This document shows positions 58,121 through 64,000 of a DNA stretch of 64,000 nucleotides, one piece after another. The notes below the pieces were generated by a model that saw nothing but the letters and a program-made list of their open reading frames with translations, had not been told where the DNA came from and searched no databases. The DNA is taken from IMG/VR virus record IMGVR_UViG_3300032313_001035, one strand, 5' to 3'. A program made the translations under genes and the position numbers. The stretch is from a virus. Each line of letters begins with the position of its first letter. Positions within the stretch are counted from its first letter, which is position 1.

Positions 58121-59410
58121 TTAAAATATCACTATACTTACAAATTTGGAGCGTCTGGGATTTACCCCAGCGTCAAAAACTCCTATATCGAATCCATCGA
58201 CAGTGCGTCCTGTCCATGTTCCTCCGCCATCATTATTAGCAGGAATTCCCCCCACCATTATATCACCAGTACCGCCTGTTATATAAGTATCTTCTGCACT
58301 AGCTGCCCAAACATAATTCACAGAGGGCATCGGTTTTGTAAAATTTACGCGATAATACCCAGTACCAGAATTATGAATGTCGGATATTGATGAAATATTA
58401 TAACTATCGAGTATTGTCGGCGGTGTGAAATCCCATGAATTGAACGTTACCCAAGCTTTAGCTACTGAAGGCGAACCACTCAATGATGTTGTTATATTTA
58501 AATTATTGGAATTACTGAATCTACCACTACCAGAAACATCACCAACTAAAGTAATAATCTGACCGCTTAAATTTCCTTGAAGCGTAGTTGCGCGAACTAT
58601 TCCACTTGCAACAACATTTCCATCGTTATTAATCCGTAGTCTTTCAGTTCGTCTATCAGTTCTAGTCCCCGAACCTTGCGTTTGGAATACCATTTCAGAT
58701 GCACCGTCTGTTCTTACGATAGTTTGTATATTTGATACAGCGTTACCTGATTCATTATTGACCGTGAAAAATACTGAAGCTTCAGCAGTAAGTGCTGCGA
58801 AATTGTTTTGAACCGAAATGCCTCTAGATTGGTTGCCACCACCTACAAAACGTGCTAAATTACTACTTAATGCTACAACATCTAATGCCGCAGAAAGGGT
58901 GTTTGTTCCTATTCCCACAAGCCCTTGATTGGTTATAACAAAACGGGTAGCAGTGCTATTTGGATCTTCAACCTCTAATGCGTTACCAGCACCTAATTGT
59001 TTTATCAATAATCCAGCACGTGATGCGTTTAGAGTGATAGTGTCACCACTTTTTGATACATATGCACCGCTCACATTACTAACTGTCGTGGAATTGTTTG
59101 CAATTTCTTCCCAATCGCTAATTCTGGAGCCATCGTTTTCTTTGAGACGATATAAAAGTTTGTCTGATGTGCTATAAGCTAAATCACCCACTTCTGCTGG
59201 TGCAAACAATGTAATACTCGCACCACTACCTTTGAATACATTACCTGCTACCACACCACCTCTAGTAGCACCATCACCTATGAACAAACGTCTGGTATCG
59301 GTGGTATATCCAGGTTCGCCGGGATTTAAAATTACATTTTTCCGTTCGTTATCAGTTCCTTGTCGAACTAATAACTTTATCAAACTATTATCAAATATTT
59401 CTATACTCAT
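58121..59410 (-). CDS. Tail fibre protein (Mtd-N-like N-terminus)
   Basis: VRQGT..GEPGYTTDTRRLFIGDG, VGIGT repeat, C-terminal AKAWVTFN..SYNISS..GYYRVNF. Confidence 0.85.
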   Translation of the reverse strand: MSIEIFDNSLIKLLVRQGTDNERKNVILNPGEPGYTTDTRRLFIGDGATRGGVVAGNVFKGSGASITLFAPAEVGDLAYSTSDKLLYRLKENDGSRISDWEEIANNSTTVSNVSGAYVSKSGDTITLNASRAGLLIKQLGAGNALEVEDPNSTATRFVITNQGLVGIGTNTLSAALDVVALSSNLARFVGGGNQSRGISVQNNFAALTAEASVFFTVNNESGNAVSNIQTIVRTDGASEMVFQTQGSGTRTDRRTERLRINNDGNVVASGIVRATTLQGNLSGQIITLVGDVSGSGRFSNSNNLNITTSLSGSPSVAKAWVTFNSWDFTPPTILDSYNISSISDIHNSGTGYYRVNFTKPMPSVNYVWAASAEDTYITGGTGDIMVGGIPANNDGGGTWTGRTVDGFDIGVFDAGVNPRRSKFVSIVIF

Positions 59411-59411
59411 A

Positions 59412-60503
59412 TTAATATGTAAAAATTGGTATCGCGAATCTTCCGACTAATTGATTATCTCTACTAACTGTATCACCTTCAAATGTTAAAAATCCTGCTG
59501 ATGTCAACATTACAACTACGGTGCTACCATCGTTCAAATTAGTATCCAACGCAATTGCGCTAAGTTTGGTGACTGTTAAATTTGGAATTGGTCCAGTAAT
59601 TGTGTGCGCAGGTGTGCCACTGAATAAACTACTTAATCCAGCACCTAACCCTGATGTACCTATTCCAGTCAATGTGCTAAAAATAGATTTTTCCATCGAA
59701 TTTCTATCAATAATTGGTTTCCAATTGTTGGCATTTGTTGATGGACTAGCACTTAATTGATAAAATACTCCATTTACACTAGCTAGATCTCCTATTCTTG
59801 GGTCATTATTTAAACCACTACTCAAAAGTGTTAAATCAGTCGTGGTTGCCTGTGGTAAATAAACTTTGGTTATACCGTTATAATTGATGTTTAATTCTCT
59901 ATTAATGTAACGGAATTGACTAGGATTGGCAATAATTTCAATTGGGATATTATTCCCACCGCTAATACCATTTCCAAAAGATGTTGATTTGATTTCTTTT
60001 TGTGTTATAGAATTTGCACTTAATGTGAAAACATTACTAGACACTTCAAAAAATTTTGTATCATAATTGATTCGCAGTAGATTGTCTCGAACAGTTAATC
60101 CATCGGTTATTGTATTTGGATTAATTTTAGAAGCTGATAAACCACTTAGTTTAACATTTAAAGTGGATGTGTTATCATATTCTAATTCATCGGAAATTTT
60201 TGTAGCTAATCTACCCCAATTCGTAATATTAGTGTAAGGAGTTGCTGTTAATTGATACCAAGTATTGTTTATCGGCACAATGTCGCCAATTTCTGCATAT
60301 AATGACGATAAATTATTAACAATGTTGACGGGCGTATTTATTTTACTAACTACTGATACCCCACCTAATGTTACACCATTCCCAACATACAAACGATTGG
60401 TATCAATAGTATAAGATAATTCACCTTGATCCAATCGAGTTAAAATTCGTTGAGCGTTAGTCCCTCTGCGAATTTTTATTTTAGATATAAAAAATTGTGA
60501 CAT
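59412..60503 (-). CDS. Second fibre-like protein (Mtd-N-like N-terminus)
   Basis: IRRGT..GELSYTIDTNRLYVGNG; internal duplication IGD..YQL.A.P.T...NW. Confidence 0.8.
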   Translation of the reverse strand: MSQFFISKIKIRRGTNAQRILTRLDQGELSYTIDTNRLYVGNGVTLGGVSVVSKINTPVNIVNNLSSLYAEIGDIVPINNTWYQLTATPYTNITNWGRLATKISDELEYDNTSTLNVKLSGLSASKINPNTITDGLTVRDNLLRINYDTKFFEVSSNVFTLSANSITQKEIKSTSFGNGISGGNNIPIEIIANPSQFRYINRELNINYNGITKVYLPQATTTDLTLLSSGLNNDPRIGDLASVNGVFYQLSASPSTNANNWKPIIDRNSMEKSIFSTLTGIGTSGLGAGLSSLFSGTPAHTITGPIPNLTVTKLSAIALDTNLNDGSTVVVMLTSAGFLTFEGDTVSRDNQLVGRFAIPIFTY

Positions 60504-60512
60504 ATTGATTAT

Positions 60513-61214
60513 TTAAGAAACTCTTTTCCAAACGTATACACCAAAACTTGGTGGTGTATTGTTGTGTGCTTCACCTCCTCCAGTTTTTGAAGTAAACCCT
60601 TGACGATTGTTACTCGCCCCGAAATAGGTACCTTCTCCGAGTATAAGAGCACCCGATGATGCATCGGGAATAGATGATGCGGTATTTTCATCCATATCTT
60701 GTCTGCTAGAGCCATATATATGTGCATGTTTTGCACCACTACTAGGCGAATGACCACGAATACCGTTTAAATGATTATGTTCGGGCATCTGACCCACTGT
60801 CAGTGCTACAGTATATTCTCCACTATTATCACCTTCTGTGAATGATCTAGTAGTTGTGTTGCTATCAGTGCCAGTACCAACACCGACCAAAAATTTACCT
60901 TGGGACACCAACACCCATGATGTATTACTAAATCTGGTTTGTGGGTTTACAGATGTGGCGGTTAGATACAATGAATCGACAGGATATAAAAAATCTATAA
61001 TATTAGCGAATCCTGTCACCGCTATCGAATCTGCTTCTAACTTCCCACTGACTTTGATACCTTTGGTATCAGCGCCAATGCTCAATGCTGATTTATTACC
61101 TAGTCCGTCATATATAACCACGGGATCATTTCCCACGATTGGCGTGTTTGAGGTATGGAGAAACCCTGAATAGGCATCTGCGATAAATTCATCCGTAAGA
61201 TTTGGTAAAGGCAT
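60513..61214 (-). CDS. Baseplate/short fibre protein with gp10 C-terminal-like domain
   Basis: YPVDSLY..NP..W..GKFLVGVG, LTVGQMPEHNH, HNNTPPSFGVYVWKR. Confidence 0.8.
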   Translation of the reverse strand: MPLPNLTDEFIADAYSGFLHTSNTPIVGNDPVVIYDGLGNKSALSIGADTKGIKVSGKLEADSIAVTGFANIIDFLYPVDSLYLTATSVNPQTRFSNTSWVLVSQGKFLVGVGTGTDSNTTTRSFTEGDNSGEYTVALTVGQMPEHNHLNGIRGHSPSSGAKHAHIYGSSRQDMDENTASSIPDASSGALILGEGTYFGASNNRQGFTSKTGGGEAHNNTPPSFGVYVWKRVS

Positions 61215-61222
61215 ATTATTAT

Positions 61223-63019
61223 TTAGTTATCAACTATTAAATTCGCAATTAATTTTTGTTGAATTTCAACAATCAGGGAGAAAATTCGTTGCATTGTGAT
61301 AGTGTTCACGCTTTCGTTACCATTCATTTTCAAATTATTTAAATCGTATTCGATTTGATTTATTCGACCCAATAAAATATCATCATTTTTTATAATATAT
61401 GAATTAGTTGCTTTGGCATATAGAGTTAAAATATCAGCCGTTATGTTGAATAATTGCTTGTTAAAAAATATACCAAAAGAATCGTTAATACAATCAATAT
61501 CGACAAAATACTTTTTCAAATTTCTATTGATAGCTGACTGATAAGTGTTGATTATAGGTTGTTTCAGAGCATATAATCTACTATAATTGTGTAAAAGATG
61601 ATAATTGGTATTACCTTTACTCAATTCTTTAAAATTTATATTCGTCAGTTTATCATTTTGTTTCGAACTCCATGTTATTAGTTTATTATTTAATGGATAA
61701 TAAGTATTTTTAAATGTTGTAGAATTTGAAAGATATTTTAAATTATAATCTCTAAATGTTGCTGATGCATATGATGGGTTTGAAATGTATCGACATTCTA
61801 TTCTATTTGTGGTATTGATGAAAAATATATTAGAATCAAATGAAGAAAATTTCAAAACATTTTTACTAGAAATTGGAAATCTGGATAAAACTTTGTCCGT
61901 GTAACTATTTTCGAAATCCAATGGATCAAAGAAACATATCCTATATTCACTAGAATTCTTATACAATACAGCCACTAGATCATCAACACTTCGAATATCA
62001 ATTGCTAATGCTGTGGTTATACCTAGATCATTCAATGGTATAGTTGCTAATATCTGAGATCCTTTTTTGTTATAAATGTATAAAACTTGGTCATCATCAA
62101 TAAAAGTCCTCATCTTGCTGCCAAATTTCACACTATCAACATTGTTCTCGTTTAATATGAAATTCTTTTTCTCGAAAAATTGTTTTACTTTAATGAATTT
62201 AATTTTGTCTGTAAATTTTAATTCAAAATGTTGCACTGGTTTTAATTGTAACTTATCCACCAATATCAAATGATCGAAAATATTTTCACCCTCACCTCCA
62301 CATGATATAAAATTCAAACCTTCATAAACACAAACTTCATCATTTATCATGATATTGATTTTATTATCAACTTCATCATAATAAATACCATAAATTTCTT
62401 GTTTTTCTTCTAATTGTAATGTTTTATAAGTTAATTCTTTTCTGTCTGTGAATGAACCTATGATCAAAATTAAATCTTTTCCAGTAGAACATAAATATTT
62501 AAAATTCTGATTGGATTGGACGATAAAATCCCCATATTTTATTTGATCTAAAAATGCCCACTCTGGTTTATTTTTCAAATCTGCTATATATAATGAATTG
62601 ATTTTACCCGTCATATCATCTGGGTTATCTATATCAATCGATGTCAATCCATAAAAATGACAATCATTATTATCAAAATCAATTATTTGTGGATCTTGAA
62701 CAAACAATGATTTGAAAACGATCAAATTGTTAGTATTGATAGCGTCAAATATTTTATCCAATTCATTTTTATTTAAAATATCGAATGAATTGCTAAAATA
62801 TGGTTTGATGTTTTCAATAGAACTATACTGATTGTCAAATTCTAATTTTTTCAAATAAAAATTTGATATAAAATTTTGTTTCGGGGTTAATAATTCCGAG
62901 TTGTTAGTTTTAACTTTTCCAGTATATGCGTTATTATCTACTATTGTGAAAAAACCATTATAATCTACGTCATTCAACGTAAAAGCATCGCCATTTGTAT
63001 ATTTGAAGTATGAAATCAT
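61223..63019 (-). CDS. Probable structural protein (baseplate region)
   Basis: 598 aa in the tail operon; function not recognised. Confidence 0.6.
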   Translation of the reverse strand: MISYFKYTNGDAFTLNDVDYNGFFTIVDNNAYTGKVKTNNSELLTPKQNFISNFYLKKLEFDNQYSSIENIKPYFSNSFDILNKNELDKIFDAINTNNLIVFKSLFVQDPQIIDFDNNDCHFYGLTSIDIDNPDDMTGKINSLYIADLKNKPEWAFLDQIKYGDFIVQSNQNFKYLCSTGKDLILIIGSFTDRKELTYKTLQLEEKQEIYGIYYDEVDNKINIMINDEVCVYEGLNFISCGGEGENIFDHLILVDKLQLKPVQHFELKFTDKIKFIKVKQFFEKKNFILNENNVDSVKFGSKMRTFIDDDQVLYIYNKKGSQILATIPLNDLGITTALAIDIRSVDDLVAVLYKNSSEYRICFFDPLDFENSYTDKVLSRFPISSKNVLKFSSFDSNIFFINTTNRIECRYISNPSYASATFRDYNLKYLSNSTTFKNTYYPLNNKLITWSSKQNDKLTNINFKELSKGNTNYHLLHNYSRLYALKQPIINTYQSAINRNLKKYFVDIDCINDSFGIFFNKQLFNITADILTLYAKATNSYIIKNDDILLGRINQIEYDLNNLKMNGNESVNTITMQRIFSLIVEIQQKLIANLIVDN

Positions 63020-64000
63020 TTGGAGTATATGATATTATTTATTTCTGTGGTAAGAGGAGCGTATCTATTACATGTATCAGCAATTATCAAATCCAAATCA
63101 TTTTTTATATTTTCGGGTAATTCAACGTTTCTGATCAAAACATTAATATAATTAGATTTAAAAGCTTGATTGTTGCATACCGATTGAAATAAATTTATGT
63201 CATCTTCGCTGTTTCTTTGATCACATGGTAAAGTTATTGTTATATTGTCAATAACGATCAATTTACTCACAAACGGTAAAATTAAAGATTCACTAACAGT
63301 CAATGATTTTGTGTATACGTCAAAAATTAAATCTTTCGCTGTGGTATTGAAATTTCCAAATAATATTTTTTTATCGAAAAATTGAAATGGGTCAAATTTT
63401 ATATCTAAAATTACACTACCATTCAGGTTTACAAAACCAATTCCTTTTTTAGAATTCAAAGAAAATGCTAAAAAGTTTTTCTTTAATTTTTTTATAACTT
63501 GTGATGTGGTATATTCGATATATGTGTTATTACTAGGATCAAATAGTTTATATTCAAAATTAATAGTATCATTTGTTTTTACCATCGATAATCCAGCATC
63601 TATATTATTTTTACCACTATTAAATACCCAATTATCGGTATCTCCTTCGAATATAATAAATAAAGTGAATTCGCCACCATTGTTTATATTTTCGAAATAA
63701 TTAAAACTGTTTATATCACATTTATCAACTATAGAGTCTGATAATAAAGTCTTGGATAATGTATCCAAATTACTAATTCTTTCGTAAATGAATTCATCAT
63801 TTGCTTCTATAATAAAATCGCTTTTTTTATCAAAAACTTGAAATGCCGATAGTGAACTGTTAATCGAAGTATTTGAATTAACATAAATTTCAATCAATTC
63901 TTGATATGTTGGGTTGAACGTAGATCTAAATTTTAAGGCTTCTTCCTTTTCAATCATATCTGGATAATAATATCTATCCACCCATACTTTATCATCGCTT
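63016..64000 (-). CDS. Probable structural protein, 5'-partial
   Basis: Frame open to the window end (..SDDKVWVDRYYYP..). Confidence 0.65.
   Translation of the reverse strand, partial: SDDKVWVDRYYYPDMIEKEEALKFRSTFNPTYQELIEIYVNSNTSINSSLSAFQVFDKKSDFIIEANDEFIYERISNLDTLSKTLLSDSIVDKCDINSFNYFENINNGGEFTLFIIFEGDTDNWVFNSGKNNIDAGLSMVKTNDTINFEYKLFDPSNNTYIEYTTSQVIKKLKKNFLAFSLNSKKGIGFVNLNGSVILDIKFDPFQFFDKKILFGNFNTTAKDLIFDVYTKSLTVSESLILPFVSKLIVIDNITITLPCDQRNSEDDINLFQSVCNNQAFKSNYINVLIRNVELPENIKNDLDLIIADTCNRYAPLTTEINNIIYSK

Noticed and set aside
58121-60503. Diversity-generating retroelement suggested by Mtd-like N-termini
   Set aside because: No reverse transcriptase and no template/variable repeat pair seen in the window; the Mtd-N motif is common in fibres
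714-63700. Numerous short antisense or nested ORFs in the track (e.g. 714..914, 3768..4136, 24675..24890, 43882..44265)
   Set aside because: Shadows of real genes on the opposite strand or frame; low complexity, no start motif
1-64000. Alternative genetic code or stop recoding
   Set aside because: Core genes are full length and densely packed under the standard code

Overview
A 64 kb slice of a large, AT-rich T4-like myovirus genome (T4 superfamily core genes). No rRNA, tRNA or CRISPR array was seen. The left part (1-28.1 kb, mostly minus strand) carries a coiled-coil/fibre protein, neck gp13, portal gp20, tail terminator gp15, an AAA+ ATPase, a DinG-like Fe-S helicase, a GroES-like co-chaperonin and a short gp62-like gene. 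It also carries a ~12.5 kb sugar-nucleotide/glycosyltransferase cluster, phoH, several small late genes and a GIY-YIG nuclease. An almost pure A/T intergenic block with a promoter and a G-rich tract lies at the strand switch (28.1-28.5 kb) and is a candidate origin. The right part (28.7-57 kb, mostly plus strand) is the replication/recombination module (uvsY, uvsW, gp55, gp47, gp46, gp43, uvsX, MTase, gp41, gp32, gp45, gp61) with late genes interspersed. Tail fibre and baseplate genes follow on the minus strand (57-64 kb). Main observations: (1) TAA(A/G)TA sits mostly 5 nt before start codons, implying leaderless late mRNAs, and a second promoter class TTGACW-N16-TAnnnT recurs. (2) A set of late proteins has capsid-targeting-like N-termini, including a protein kinase, a retropepsin-like protease and a histone-tailed protein. 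(3) A large glycan-building cluster coexists with L-S-[AGS]-rich virion proteins, suggesting virion glycosylation. (4) A catalytically degenerate DHH protein lies in the replisome operon. (5) A TM-PAS protein sits next to the portal. All family calls come from motifs read by eye; no database search was run.
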